DNA of 64,000 nt. Source: a virus (Duplodnaviria; Caudoviricetes). The notes below the pieces were generated by a model that did not search any database, was not told the origin of the DNA, and worked only from the letters and a program-made list of their open reading frames with translations. Every line of letters begins with the position of its first letter. The first letter of the stretch is position 1. The stretch spans positions 52,415 to 116,414 of IMG/VR virus record IMGVR_UViG_3300028886_000059. One strand, 5' to 3'. Below, in pieces: positions 27,936-38,456 of this stretch. The position numbers and the translations under genes were made by a program.

Positions 27936-28619
27936 TTACATATCAAACATATCAAGCTGTTTTGCCACCCTGCCATCTTTCAGTACCACCTCGCCATGAC
28001 AGATTTCATTGAATCGTTTCTCCTGTTCGCCATAATACTCATCATCTATTTCCGTGGCGTAGAAGTCAAATCCAAGCCTGTAGGCTGCAATGCGACTGCT
28101 GCCACTACCCAAGAACGGGTCAAAGATGACATCACCCTTTTGTGCGTAGTTTTTCAGAATCCACGCATATAAGGCTATCGGCTTCTGCGTAGGATGTATG
28201 CGCGTTTCCTCGTTGTTCTGCTTCGTGGCCGCATACCTGAATATCTTTGCCGTCCTGTCCGTGAACGTAGTCAATGCCAGTTCACACATGGCAAAAGACA
28301 ATCCTTCGGGCTGTGCCTTATCCCACACAATCCACGCCTTTGAATCAACGGGTATTTCCGAAATGAAATGGTTTGCACCGAACACTATCAGATTCTTGGA
28401 TATTCGCAGCATTTCGTCGAAATACTCCTTTACTGGCGGTGTCCTATCCCATTCCTTGTATGCACGTCCTTTCTCCTTGCAGATTCTTCCGCTGGAGTTG
28501 ATGTCTATGCCATAAGGCGGGTCGGCAATGGTAAGGCTGAAATGTTTGTCGGGCAAAGTTTTCATGTAAGACAGGCAATCCATCTTGAAAACTTTACTTA
28601 TAGGTTCATTTTCTACCAT
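27936..28619 (-). CDS. DNA N4-C/N6-A methyltransferase (beta class)
   Basis: DPPY, HPTQKP, DPFLGSGS. Confidence 0.9.
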   Translation of the reverse strand: MVENEPISKVFKMDCLSYMKTLPDKHFSLTIADPPYGIDINSSGRICKEKGRAYKEWDRTPPVKEYFDEMLRISKNLIVFGANHFISEIPVDSKAWIVWDKAQPEGLSFAMCELALTTFTDRTAKIFRYAATKQNNEETRIHPTQKPIALYAWILKNYAQKGDVIFDPFLGSGSSRIAAYRLGFDFYATEIDDEYYGEQEKRFNEICHGEVVLKDGRVAKQLDMFDM

Positions 28620-28948
28620 TTTATTCTAAGTGTTCCAATATTGTTGTGTTTATACTTATACTCCACGTCAGGATGCTCATCCTTATATCGTCGCTGACAT
28701 GCCCTGCAATACGGCTGTCTGCCATCCTTTGCCTTTCGGGATAGATTGAACAGGTTGAACGGCAAAACCTTTCCGCAATATGGGCATCGCTTCTTTTTCT
28801 GCGTGAAGTCCATATCTTCAAACGGCAAAACTTGTTCTATGACTTTCTGCCGTTTTAGCGGCATCTGTATGATTTGCTTGCGTTCCGTTCTGCGTCTGAA
28901 TAAGTCGAGCGTCAGCTGTCTGTGTTTGTAGATTCGCCGTCGTTTCAT
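28613..28948 (-). CDS. Zn-finger protein
   Basis: CPYC...KDGRQPYCRAC; start uncertain. Confidence 0.6.
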   Translation of the reverse strand: MKRRRIYKHRQLTLDLFRRRTERKQIIQMPLKRQKVIEQVLPFEDMDFTQKKKRCPYCGKVLPFNLFNLSRKAKDGRQPYCRACQRRYKDEHPDVEYKYKHNNIGTLRIKW

Positions 28949-29194
28949 TTTTCTTACATCTGTTTTTACGATACCATTCTCGGTGATATGCCCTGCGTCT
29001 TTCCACATCATGCTGAAACTTAACCTTCGGTGGCTTTGATAGCATTTCAACACTACGTCTTTCCTTCGCCTTGGCCAGTATGTTATCACGGTTAGCGATG
29101 TAATATTCATGCCATTTGGCCAACCGCTCGTCACGGTTTCGCATATACCGCTCATGGTCGAGCCGTTTTCTTCTTTCCTTCGATGTCTCTGTCA
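28818..29194 (-). CDS. Basic hypothetical protein
   Basis: MTETSKERRK...; overlaps the next ORF. Confidence 0.55.
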
Positions 29195-29196
29195 TC

Positions 29197-30372
29197 CTAT
29201 ATCCTCCTGTCCTTTGTAACCTTCCATACTTCCGCAAGCGGTGAGAGGTCGATTCTGTTTACCATCAGCTTGACCTCTTCGGGTGCTTTCTCGTAATAGA
29301 AGAAATCCCCTCGCTGCTTGTGCAGCCTTAACATTCGCTTGCAAGTGGCTGTGAAGTTCAAAACAGGCTTCCCAGCAACGATGCGGGTCAAAAGCAATGC
29401 TGCCGCCTGTCTTGATGCCGTCAACGTCCTGTCCTTTCCGAATTTCAAGGTATGTGCGCAATAGTATGCCATGTGTGGCAACAACCGCTGTGTTAAGTAC
29501 TCGCAAATCGGCTTGATGTCCTTTGTCTGATGGTAGTCGTAAAGCAAAACGGATTCTTCCGCTGCATTGACAATAATCTCGTCGATGCAAGCCGCTTCAT
29601 CCTTGTGCTGTTCCATTCTCCACCAGTCAGCCTTGTTGTCAGTCGGCCTAATCTTGCCTTGCTTGACGGCTTTCAGCCAGTTCACGCAGTCATCCCTGTC
29701 CTTTGAGCGGTATCTGTAACGCTGGCCGCTGATGGTGATTTCTGCCCTCCAGCAATCCTTAAAAACTCGCTTTCCGTTTTTCAACCCTTTCGATGCGTTG
29801 TCGTAGTAGATAGTACCTGTGCTTTTTCGTCCGAACTTGTTCTCAGAATCATACATATTGATGTTTTTCTCGTCTGCATAATCCTGTAACGAATCCAAAT
29901 GTTCGGGATGCTTATCTGCTTTTTTCGTTTTGGGCTTGGTATATGACTTATTCCTGACTGGCTTTTGTTCAGCTGGAGGTTCTGTTTTGACAGGTTTTGA
30001 CTCCAACGATGCAGCTTTTGACGGCTTGTTTGACTTTTTTTGACGGGTTTTTGATTCAACTTTTGACTTTTTCGGTTTTTTGTCGGTCAAAACTTCCTTA
30101 TCGGGATGCAATAGGTCGCCATGATACAGGTCTGTTGATTCTGCCCACCTGAACATGTGTTCCATACATGAACGGGCTTTCACCTTTCTGTCATGTGGCT
30201 GCTCTGAACACGCGCACCATAAAGACAATGTGAAATCGCTGACCTCTTCAATATCCGTGTTTGCGTACTTCCTTAATATCACTGACTGCATACTTTGCAG
30301 GCTTGACGACGCAAAGCGTTTCCATTCGGGCAGATTGCCCCACATTTGATACAGCTGTTTTATTGTCACCAT
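29197..30372 (-). CDS. Hypothetical protein, possible AP2-like DNA-binding segment
   Basis: WRAEITISGQRYR. Confidence 0.7.
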   Translation of the reverse strand: MVTIKQLYQMWGNLPEWKRFASSSLQSMQSVILRKYANTDIEEVSDFTLSLWCACSEQPHDRKVKARSCMEHMFRWAESTDLYHGDLLHPDKEVLTDKKPKKSKVESKTRQKKSNKPSKAASLESKPVKTEPPAEQKPVRNKSYTKPKTKKADKHPEHLDSLQDYADEKNINMYDSENKFGRKSTGTIYYDNASKGLKNGKRVFKDCWRAEITISGQRYRYRSKDRDDCVNWLKAVKQGKIRPTDNKADWWRMEQHKDEAACIDEIIVNAAEESVLLYDYHQTKDIKPICEYLTQRLLPHMAYYCAHTLKFGKDRTLTASRQAAALLLTRIVAGKPVLNFTATCKRMLRLHKQRGDFFYYEKAPEEVKLMVNRIDLSPLAEVWKVTKDRRI

Positions 30373-31295
30373 AATGTCAGTTGTTGTGGCTGCTTTTTCT
30401 TTTCTTCCGCAACATTCGTTTGTTCGCCGATGGGTTGAACTGCCGCAGCGTCTTTGCGGTCAACCTTGCCATGCTCCTGTTTCGGTTCTGCTTCCTTTTC
30501 GTTCTGCATCCGTCTGATAGCCCACATTCGGGTACTGACGAATCGCATCGGATTAGTGTATTTCCGTATGCTTGGGATGTTTGTCGGAAATGGCCACATG
30601 GCCTCGTTGATGATATATCCCAGCCTAACCTCGTCGGGTTCGCAAAGCGTATCATGGCAGACAGCCTCGCCGAAACAGTTGTGCATCATCATGTTTATTG
30701 CCGACATCTTGACGCAGTTGTAATCCAAATCTTCCGCAACAAGATACGGTCTTCTCTCTGCAATCTTCGCTGCATCCCATTTCGCTTCATCACGCATGGC
30801 ATCCAGCATCAGTTTGTTTCCAGCAAGCAGAAGTCGGCTTGAGCCAGCCGCAGGGTCACTAATCGTAATCCTTCTACCGAATGTCGTTTGCGTAGTTGCC
30901 CACGTCCTGCCGTAGTCATCCCAATTCCCGCTTCTGATGCAGGTCTGTGCGGTAGCTATGCAGACACTTGGCGGTGTGAAAAACTGACCTTTGCCGCCAC
31001 CGTTGGAGTGCAAAGACATATACAAGTCACCGAAAGCATCATACCAGCCCAGCTTTTCCGTCTGCTCCTTCATTATCAGGAAGTACGCCCTTGCCATTTC
31101 ACCGAAAGCCATAGACTCATCTTTCCCGAATTTCCATCCGTCGGGTTTGTTACCATCGGGGTCGAACATCCATAGCAGGTAATCAAGAAAGCCCTTAAAC
31201 ACTGTGTCGTAGTCGTAGCCCTTTCTGTGACATAAAGCCGTCATCAGTCTTTCAAGTGGTCTGATAGCGGCCTCGCCCATGTAATCCTTGCTCAT
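30366..31295 (-). CDS. N-6 DNA methylase-like SAM-binding protein
   Basis: GQFFTP, DPAAGSSRLL; no NPP(Y/F) seen. Confidence 0.75.
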   Translation of the reverse strand: MSKDYMGEAAIRPLERLMTALCHRKGYDYDTVFKGFLDYLLWMFDPDGNKPDGWKFGKDESMAFGEMARAYFLIMKEQTEKLGWYDAFGDLYMSLHSNGGGKGQFFTPPSVCIATAQTCIRSGNWDDYGRTWATTQTTFGRRITISDPAAGSSRLLLAGNKLMLDAMRDEAKWDAAKIAERRPYLVAEDLDYNCVKMSAINMMMHNCFGEAVCHDTLCEPDEVRLGYIINEAMWPFPTNIPSIRKYTNPMRFVSTRMWAIRRMQNEKEAEPKQEHGKVDRKDAAAVQPIGEQTNVAEEKKKQPQQLTLW

Positions 31296-31574
31296 ACCCC
31301 GTGCTTCTTATCGTATTCTTTCATCATGTCACAATCGGCCATACACAGACCATAGTCAATATCGCAGTGCCAGTCGTATATGATATGCGGGCAAGTAGCG
31401 ATGAATGCTTCCCTTTCCTGCATTTCCGTCGAGCCGTCGAAGTAATACCTGCAAACATTCGTATCATCGTTTCTGACAATGCCCCTTTCGTCGCAAAAGC
31501 CCTTACCCATCATGCTCTCCTTGCAGAATTGGGTACTCAGAGGCTTTTTCTTGAAGATGCAGTTTCCACAAGTC

Positions 31575-32418
31575 TTAACCTTTGCCATACTTCTTGATGT
31601 AGTCCTGCGGCAACATCCCGTATCTTTTCTTGAATGCCTCAATCATATTGGCATGACCTTCTTTGTCAAGGCCATAGACGTTATCAACAGTTCCACGCGC
31701 TGATTTCAGGACTTCCTCAACATTATCATCCTTCGGCTTCGCCTTGAAGAATGTCGGCTGCGGCTGTTCACCAGTCGATGACGGCAACACCTTGGATGTA
31801 ATTCTTTTCGTCGGGTCTATGCCGTTCTTTTCGCAGTATTCCTTATAGGTGATGGCCGTTAGTTTGTCCTGCTCTTCCTTGAGTGCTTCCATCTTACGCT
31901 CATACTTGTATTTTGCGACGTTTCTTTCAACCATGAACTCACGCAGGGATTTTGTGATTGCCAGCGGGTCAACTGTACCGTAGAAATCCGCATACTTACC
32001 CAGCTTGAAGTTATAGAAGAAAAGCATCAGTTCCGTTACACGCAGATACGGATATTGCGTCACGATGATTTGCGCCAGCTGCCTCAGTTGGTTCTCGTTC
32101 AGCTTATCCTTTGCACCGACAAACTCTGACAGGTCGAAAAGCTGTGCCACAAGCCACTGTTGCGCCGTGTTGCTAAGATATGCCGCATTCAGGTGTGCCA
32201 GTGTAGGCACATTGCCGAAATAGCAGAAGAAATCATTCTTGACGGCATCAAACTGTGCATCAGGATTGAATGTTTTCAAAAACTGCTTATCAGTACCGAA
32301 CATGCGCTTAATCGTCGCTTTCAGTTCCTTCCGCTCTAAGTTTGCTAATAAGGTTGGCCGCGTCATTAAGGCGTTGCTCTGTTGTTGTGCCACTTCCATT
32401 GTAGGTTTGTTTGCCATG
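31575..32418 (-). CDS. Replication-associated protein (DUF6633-like)
   Basis: Follows the initiator-like gene; ELMLFF..FKLGKY..FYG.VDP. Confidence 0.65.
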
Positions 32419-32994
32419 ATTGAATACCCTTTCATTACCTGCCCATGTCGCAAGCCTTTGACCTATTTCAAACGCGCCTTTGTCGCGCTCCTTTTCAAAG
32501 AGCATCTTCTTACCGCCATCATTCATCTGAGTCCAGTATGAATAGAACTTGTTTAGCATTTCCCTGCCATACTTTTCCAAATACGGTTTCAGCTTCTCCG
32601 CAAACTCTGCCTTTCGTTCATCTAAGGTCTTTTTTGCAGAAGGTACAGGCGTTTTCGGCTGTTCGCCCTTGTCATCGTCTTTATTCCTTGCTTGTTTTTT
32701 GGGCTTTTTTGATGTGATGTATCTTTCAATGTCACAGACGGTTATCTGCAAAACGTTCCTTGTTGTTCCCCGTCTCGTCACCTTGTTAGTATCGGTTAAG
32801 CAGATTTCAGCCTGCTTAAATTTTGCGAGGCAGTTCCGAATGGTCTGCACAGACAATCCAGTATCATTCTCGATTTCGGCATAGGACTTTTGCAGCACAC
32901 CGTCATTCGATTCCAACAGCAGATACAGAAAGAAGTGCTCCATGTTGGCATTACCATTCAGGACGGCCAAAATTTCATCATCCAGCTGTATCAT
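32308..32994 (-). CDS. Replication initiator-like protein
   Basis: N-terminal wHTH; FYSYW...M.FE...RLATW. Confidence 0.7.
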   Translation of the reverse strand: MIQLDDEILAVLNGNANMEHFFLYLLLESNDGVLQKSYAEIENDTGLSVQTIRNCLAKFKQAEICLTDTNKVTRRGTTRNVLQITVCDIERYITSKKPKKQARNKDDDKGEQPKTPVPSAKKTLDERKAEFAEKLKPYLEKYGREMLNKFYSYWTQMNDGGKKMLFEKERDKGAFEIGQRLATWAGNERVFNHGKQTYNGSGTTTEQRLNDAANLISKLRAEGTESDD

Positions 32995-32996
32995 AC

Positions 32997-34175
32997 TTAA
33001 TAGAATTTATTGGTTAGTTGTCTGCCGTTTGATTCGACAATCCATTTGCCTCGGCCTGTGTCACGCAACCACAAGTCCTCGACCTTTCCGAATTGCTGGT
33101 AAGTCTTGCACAGGTCAACAATCCAGCCCTTCTTTTCGATATATGGGCGAATTGCACGGCCTACAATCTGATACCACATAGCCAGTGAACGTGTCGGCCT
33201 TGCCATTACGATAGTGTCTAATTCAGGATAGTCAAAGCCAGTGGTCAAAACGGCTGCATTCGCCACGACCTTGATAGTTCCAGCCTTGAACTCTGCCAAT
33301 ATCCTGTCACGCTCTTTCGTCTTGGTATCTCCAGTTACCAATGCCGCTGTCACACCTTCGGCCATCAGCCTATTCACAAGATAGTCGGCCTCATAGATGA
33401 ACCGCGTGAACACCAGTATTCCGTGACGTGGCACTTTGCTGTTATACACCAGCCTGTGCGTTATCTGATATAGCCACTCCTTGATGTCAACACGCTCATA
33501 TTCCTCTTGCACCGATTTGTCGGTATAGTCTGCACCTGTGCTGTTGACTACCAGCTTCGACGAATCCCATCCCTTCGGCGGGCAGTCGAAATAGTCAAGC
33601 TGTGCAAGAAATCCCTTCCGTAGCAAATCCTGTATCTGAACATAGTATATCACCCTGTCAAACACTCGCGGATTTGACCGCGTGATGAATTTCAGCATTG
33701 AGCCGTAATCCTGATATGATACCAGCCTGTAAGGTGTGGCAGTCAGTCCAAGAATCTTTGTGTCGCCCAAAGCCTGAAAGAAATCCTTATACATTCCTTC
33801 CTTCGGATTCACGCGATGGCACTCGTCAACGATGATATACTTGAACCTCTTGAACATTTCAGGATGGCTTTTCACGCTGCCAATCATGGCAAACGTTACA
33901 CGCGAAATCTCTTTCTTCCTGAATGATGCCGAATAGATGCTACAGTCAGTCATGCCATACGAGCAATACTTCTTATAGTTCTGTTCCAATATCTCTTTGG
34001 TCGGCTGAAACACAAGCATGTTATCATCCAGCCTGTTTGCGATGTCTGCAATGATAAGCGATTTCCCGCATCCTGTAGGCGCAACTATCAGGCCATTGTA
34101 TTTCTGACCGTCATTGAAGAAATTCACGGCTGCATCCGATGCTTCCTGTTGATAATCCCTTAATTTGTACGTCAT
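32997..34175 (-). CDS. SF2 DEAD/DEAH helicase
   Basis: LRDYQ, PTGCGKS, DECH, TAT, TGFD, QIVGR. Confidence 0.95.
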   Translation of the reverse strand: MTYKLRDYQQEASDAAVNFFNDGQKYNGLIVAPTGCGKSLIIADIANRLDDNMLVFQPTKEILEQNYKKYCSYGMTDCSIYSASFRKKEISRVTFAMIGSVKSHPEMFKRFKYIIVDECHRVNPKEGMYKDFFQALGDTKILGLTATPYRLVSYQDYGSMLKFITRSNPRVFDRVIYYVQIQDLLRKGFLAQLDYFDCPPKGWDSSKLVVNSTGADYTDKSVQEEYERVDIKEWLYQITHRLVYNSKVPRHGILVFTRFIYEADYLVNRLMAEGVTAALVTGDTKTKERDRILAEFKAGTIKVVANAAVLTTGFDYPELDTIVMARPTRSLAMWYQIVGRAIRPYIEKKGWIVDLCKTYQQFGKVEDLWLRDTGRGKWIVESNGRQLTNKFY

Positions 34176-34411
34176 CTTTCAAACCAGTATTTTTTCGGCC
34201 TGTCCTCAATCTGAGGCTCGCCGTTTCGTTTCTCTGACTTTCCACATGCCCGCGTACTGGCACACATATTGCCTTCTCCAGCACTGCATTCACTTATCTG
34301 CGGGTCATTGCCGTACCTGACAATATGCCCGAACTTGCAGTTATAGCAGGTGTCGGCTCGTTCCACTTTTACGGTTGTGGCGGTTGTTGTTGATGTCCTA
34401 CCTCTTCCCAT
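34172..34411 (-). CDS. Small Cys-rich hypothetical
   Basis: Operon packing. Confidence 0.55.
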   Translation of the reverse strand: MGRGRTSTTTATTVKVERADTCYNCKFGHIVRYGNDPQISECSAGEGNMCASTRACGKSEKRNGEPQIEDRPKKYWFER

Positions 34412-34413
34412 TC

Positions 34414-34956
34414 TTAAAACCTTTCAGATTCAAATGCCTTTACCAAGCATTCATAGTATTTGATAAGTTCCTGCAATTCGGGTGCTGACCATTTCTTTGT
34501 CATGTTCGCCCTTCGTCCAAGGGCTTCAACCTTGTCTTTGCCTAACTCCCGAACCTTGTAATATCGCTTTTCTACATCAGCGATATTCAGCCCACGGGCG
34601 AGGTATTCCTTATATCCTAACTTGTTGATTAGGTTATCCCGATAATTCAAAAGATTGCCCTGTTCAAAACGGTTGCAGTGGCGGCACTGGCCATTGCAGT
34701 TTTCTTCATCCCATCGTGTATTCATGTTCCGTCGGCTGTGAAAGTGGCCACAATCCATCTGACTGTACGGCTTCGTCTCACCGCAGGATATACACACAAA
34801 CTGATAATATCCGAAGTTCCTGCTATCCCTTAGTCTGATGTACTTGCTGAATACCACATCCAGCTTGTCTCTTAACGACTTGATGCTGGGTGTATGCTTA
34901 CGGGGCTTTTTCTGCTGAATTTCGGTCTTTTTCTTTGGCTTACTGTTGTATAGCAT
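34414..34956 (-). CDS. ninG: NinG/Rap recombination endonuclease
   Basis: FSKYIRLRD, CISCG, DCGHF.SR, QCRHCN. Confidence 0.9.
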   Translation of the reverse strand: MLYNSKPKKKTEIQQKKPRKHTPSIKSLRDKLDVVFSKYIRLRDSRNFGYYQFVCISCGETKPYSQMDCGHFHSRRNMNTRWDEENCNGQCRHCNRFEQGNLLNYRDNLINKLGYKEYLARGLNIADVEKRYYKVRELGKDKVEALGRRANMTKKWSAPELQELIKYYECLVKAFESERF

Positions 34957-34971
34957 GTTATAAGTTGTTAT

Positions 34972-35076
34972 TGGTGGGATGGCAGGGAGTCGAACCCTCT
35001 TTCAGTGTATTAACGTTTTCTTCTTATGGCACACAAAAAAAAGCTGCTTTGCCGCCCGTGCGACGTTTTCCACCCC
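34972..35076 (-). ncRNA. tRNA-like RNA (acceptor stem, T-arm, CCA; no normal D or anticodon arms)
   Basis: GGGGTGG/CCATCCC-A-CCA; AGGG-TTCGACT-CCCT. Confidence 0.5.
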
Positions 35077-35138
35077 GTTTGAAAAACCGCCACGCGCCCA
35101 CGAATGACGCGAGGCAGTCCTGAATAAAATGAAAGAAG

Positions 35139-35591
35139 TTAATACATAAATTCTTTGTTCGCTTCAATCTGCTGCTGGGCATAGATAAGAAACTCATGAT
35201 TCGATGCGTCAGGCAGCGGTATTCCAATCTGTGCCGACCAGTTCATAAACCTTTCGATAGACAGGCGCATTTCGTCAACTGACAAATCGGCTGAACTGCG
35301 AAGGTACTCGACGGTCTGACCTTTCCGATTCACGCGGGTAGATGTGAAAATATCCTTGTTGCACCTTTCCTTATAGAACCGAATCTTTGCTTCGTCAAGC
35401 CCACAACCGTATTCACAGGCGAAGAATGCCAAAAGCACATGCAGGTATGCGTTCTGCGACAAAGTGCGCTGGGGTTTCTTCTCGACCAGTTCCACGGTGA
35501 CGGTCTCTTTGTTCTTTACCCGTTCTATCAGCTTCTGAACCTTTTCAATAAACTTGCTAAACTGCAAGTCATCATTAAGCCTGTATATCAT
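35139..35591 (-). CDS. NinB-like protein
   Basis: RTLSQNAYLH, SSADL...EM. Confidence 0.7.
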   Translation of the reverse strand: MIYRLNDDLQFSKFIEKVQKLIERVKNKETVTVELVEKKPQRTLSQNAYLHVLLAFFACEYGCGLDEAKIRFYKERCNKDIFTSTRVNRKGQTVEYLRSSADLSVDEMRLSIERFMNWSAQIGIPLPDASNHEFLIYAQQQIEANKEFMY

Positions 35592-35608
35592 AGTTTACCT
35601 GTTTTGTC

Positions 35609-36178
35609 TTAGAAGGGTAAATCGTTGTTACCTCCTCCAGTCGCTCCGTCAGCAGGTGGCGGGAAAGGAACATTCCCCTCCTGTGGCTGTGCCGTGTTCT
35701 GCGGCTGCTGTACTGCACCCTGCGGCTGTTGGCCTTGGCCTTGGAAACCTGCCGTCGCTCCAGTCTGAGGGATGTTACCAGCACCGATTGCAGGTCGCCC
35801 GCTGTCGTTGCCGTCACCCTTACCAGTCAGGCAGATGTCAGATGCCACGATGTCAGTCACGTACATCTTTACATCGGAATGTGTCTTGTGGTCATAGGTG
35901 CGATATTGCAGTTCACCAGTTATAAACAGCATGTCACCCTTCTTGACATACTTCTCGACGATTTCTGCCAGCTTGCGCCATGCAACGATGTGATGCCATT
36001 GAGTGACTTTGGGAACTTCCGTACCATCCTGCCGTTTGTAGCCGCCTTTCGTAGTGGCCAGCGAGAATTGCGCCACCTTGACATTCGGCTCATTCGGGTT
36101 GTCGGTCGGTATTGTGGCAATTTCGGGGTCTTTTCCGACATTGCCCATCAACGTTACTTGATTGAATGATTTTGCCAT
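35609..36178 (-). CDS. ssb: Single-stranded DNA-binding protein
   Basis: NQVTLMGNVGKDPE, TQWH, DLPF tail. Confidence 0.95.
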   Translation of the reverse strand: MAKSFNQVTLMGNVGKDPEIATIPTDNPNEPNVKVAQFSLATTKGGYKRQDGTEVPKVTQWHHIVAWRKLAEIVEKYVKKGDMLFITGELQYRTYDHKTHSDVKMYVTDIVASDICLTGKGDGNDSGRPAIGAGNIPQTGATAGFQGQGQQPQGAVQQPQNTAQPQEGNVPFPPPADGATGGGNNDLPF

Positions 36179-36290
36179 TGTATTTTGGTTTTTGAAAGTT
36201 CAAAGGATAGTGGCAGCGGTTTTCCCAAATCACTGCCACCGAGGTCTCATAATTGCTATTTACGATTTATTCTAAACAAGTTGCTAAAGT

Positions 36291-37187
36291 CTATCTTACC
36301 TTCAATGTCAGACTTTCCTTTACGTTGGTTTCCTTGAGATACTTGTTATACAAGTCCTCATTGTCTGCCATCAGCTGTTTGGAGTCGAAACGCTTCTGCG
36401 TAGATGCGGCCTTGAGTGTAATCAGCACCTTTCCAGTGTCGATTGACTTCTTGCCGTCAGCGGCCATGCGCTGCATCAAGTCGGCCTTGATTTTCTCCAG
36501 TTCCTCGTCGATTTCGGCCTTGCGCTGTGACAGGGCGATGATTGACTCCTCCTCGATAGAAACGTAGTCGGGGATTTCGCTTGCCCATGTGAAAGGCATG
36601 TCGTTGATGTCTGCATGAAGCAACTCCTTGACAAGTTCCACTGGCTTGCGCTCAACCGCTATCAGGCGGGCGATGTCACCGCGAAGCCACAGGCCATACA
36701 AGCCCTTGACGGGGATATTGGGATTCATCAGTTCAAAGAAATAGGCATAGATTGACAGCTGCCACGATACCGATTCCTTGTCAAACTTTGATGTGGTCTT
36801 TGCATCGACCAAGAAAACGGCTGGCGTTCCGTCGGTCATCACGATGTCAACAGATGAAGCGTAATTCTCGCCATCGGTGACAAGGTACTCGTTTTCCACC
36901 GTTTTCAGCCCGTGCTCTTCTTTCAGCTTCAGATAGTTCTTAACCTCCTGCACGTCGGGATTGACACCCAGCGAATCAGCCAGTTCTATCTGTTCGTGAA
37001 TGAACGAGCCTCTTTCGGCTGCACGTTCCATCATTTCCTTCGACACAAACTTGTATTTGTCGGGGAAAAGTCGGCGTTCCAGTACACCAGTAACGCCCTG
37101 TAGCTGCTTGCCGTTCAGCCAGTACTCATGCTCTTCCTGCTTGAACTCAACAGCACACTTTGCTAATTTGATTTTCTTTGTTGCCAT
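36291..37187 (-). CDS. PD-(D/E)XK exonuclease-like protein
   Basis: RGSFIH, D...VDAKT, QLSIY. Confidence 0.8.
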   Translation of the reverse strand: MATKKIKLAKCAVEFKQEEHEYWLNGKQLQGVTGVLERRLFPDKYKFVSKEMMERAAERGSFIHEQIELADSLGVNPDVQEVKNYLKLKEEHGLKTVENEYLVTDGENYASSVDIVMTDGTPAVFLVDAKTTSKFDKESVSWQLSIYAYFFELMNPNIPVKGLYGLWLRGDIARLIAVERKPVELVKELLHADINDMPFTWASEIPDYVSIEEESIIALSQRKAEIDEELEKIKADLMQRMAADGKKSIDTGKVLITLKAASTQKRFDSKQLMADNEDLYNKYLKETNVKESLTLKVR

Positions 37188-37197
37188 AATGATTTAA

Positions 37198-38004
37198 TTA
37201 TTTTTTCTTGACTGTCTTTTTCTTTGCTGATAATGCCGCCGAAATGACTGCAAATCCACCTTTGCTCACCTGACCGTTATAACTGTTATAGATGTCGGTA
37301 AGATGCTTGATAGTCGTGGCCTTCTCGATTTCCGAAAGTGCCTTTTGCACAAGTGCCGTCTCTTCATTCTGAGGAGCCTGTGCGGTCGGTGCGGGGATGC
37401 CTACTTGCGGTGTTCCTGTAGGTGCTGGCAAACTGCTTTCCGATGACGGAGCAGGCTGCTCTTGGTTCTGAATGGTTTTGGGCGTATGTGCGTTTGGATA
37501 GCTGTATCTTAACCGTCCGAAAGCATCCACGATGAACAGTTTATTAATCTTGCGGCTGTCATTGTAGCCGATGTCGCTTACAAAGAACCAGTTGTTCCGA
37601 ACCTTGCCGTCTTTGCCGAAATCGTCTTGGCAAAGGTTGATGAACAGGTCTTTTGGTGCTGAATAGAGTTCTCGGCCAATGCCGATGTTCACGCAGGCAC
37701 GTTTGAAAGCGTCACTGGCCTCGCCTTTCTCCTTGGCCGTGAACGTTTCCTTTCCGACATCCTGCTTCGATACCCACTGCTTAGTGGTCTCGTCATAGAT
37801 TTCTACCGTACAGAACAGTTCAGTGTCAATCAACTGATGGCTTCGCTTCCATCCGAAAATCCCGAATGTCTCATCGAGCACGGCTTGGTCGCAGCGGGCA
37901 TCCTTATACAATGCCAGCTGACACCAGCTGTTGTTTTTCGCTGTCTGTAGCACCCTGCACTGGATTTCCTCCGCCAGCAGGGTTCTGATTTCTACATTTC
38001 GCAT
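37198..38004 (-). CDS. Rad52/Sak-like ssDNA annealing protein
   Basis: YKDAR...LDETFG..GW; SDAFKRA...GIGRELY. Confidence 0.85.
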   Translation of the reverse strand: MRNVEIRTLLAEEIQCRVLQTAKNNSWCQLALYKDARCDQAVLDETFGIFGWKRSHQLIDTELFCTVEIYDETTKQWVSKQDVGKETFTAKEKGEASDAFKRACVNIGIGRELYSAPKDLFINLCQDDFGKDGKVRNNWFFVSDIGYNDSRKINKLFIVDAFGRLRYSYPNAHTPKTIQNQEQPAPSSESSLPAPTGTPQVGIPAPTAQAPQNEETALVQKALSEIEKATTIKHLTDIYNSYNGQVSKGGFAVISAALSAKKKTVKKK

Positions 38005-38060
38005 AACTTCTTCATTTTTTATAATTAAAAAAGGGGATTATCTTTTCCAGTAGTACCAAT

Positions 38061-38089
38061 GCTCCCCTGCCCGAATTGACAGGGGAGCG
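38061..38089. terminator. GC-rich hairpin
   Basis: GCTCCCCTG-N10-CAGGGGAGC. Confidence 0.45.
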
Positions 38090-38140
38090 CATCGCTTGGC
38101 TTTTAGCTTATCACCAAGACGGGCATCTCAGGTTCCTACA

Positions 38141-38452
38141 TCAGATATGGAGATTTTCATTCATTACGTTTTTAAGCCTGACAGACATCAGCAGCTTCTT
38201 CGTGTCGGCGAAAGAAAACAGGCATGACGTGTTCTTTCCGTTATCCTGCCTCTGTTTCAGCAGACCGTCGGCAATCCAGCGGTCAATGATACAGGGCTTG
38301 AATCCCATACGGCTGACATACCGCTTTATCTCAGACCTTTTCACATAGTCCTGTTCGGGCTCGATGCTTCTCCTGTATTCCTGTACGCCAGCATCTACGG
38401 CAGACGCACACAACTCCATCAGCGTTTGGAGTTTGATAGTAACTGTTTCCAT
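38141..38452 (-). CDS. Excisionase-like / DNA-binding protein
   Basis: IDRWIADGLL; position in the early operon. Confidence 0.55.
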   Translation of the reverse strand: METVTIKLQTLMELCASAVDAGVQEYRRSIEPEQDYVKRSEIKRYVSRMGFKPCIIDRWIADGLLKQRQDNGKNTSCLFSFADTKKLLMSVRLKNVMNENLHI

Positions 38453-38456
38453 TGCC

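Noticed and set aside
28613-29194. Programmed frameshift joining the two overlapping ORFs
   Set aside because: No convincing slippery site or stimulatory structure seen, and each ORF has its own ATG.
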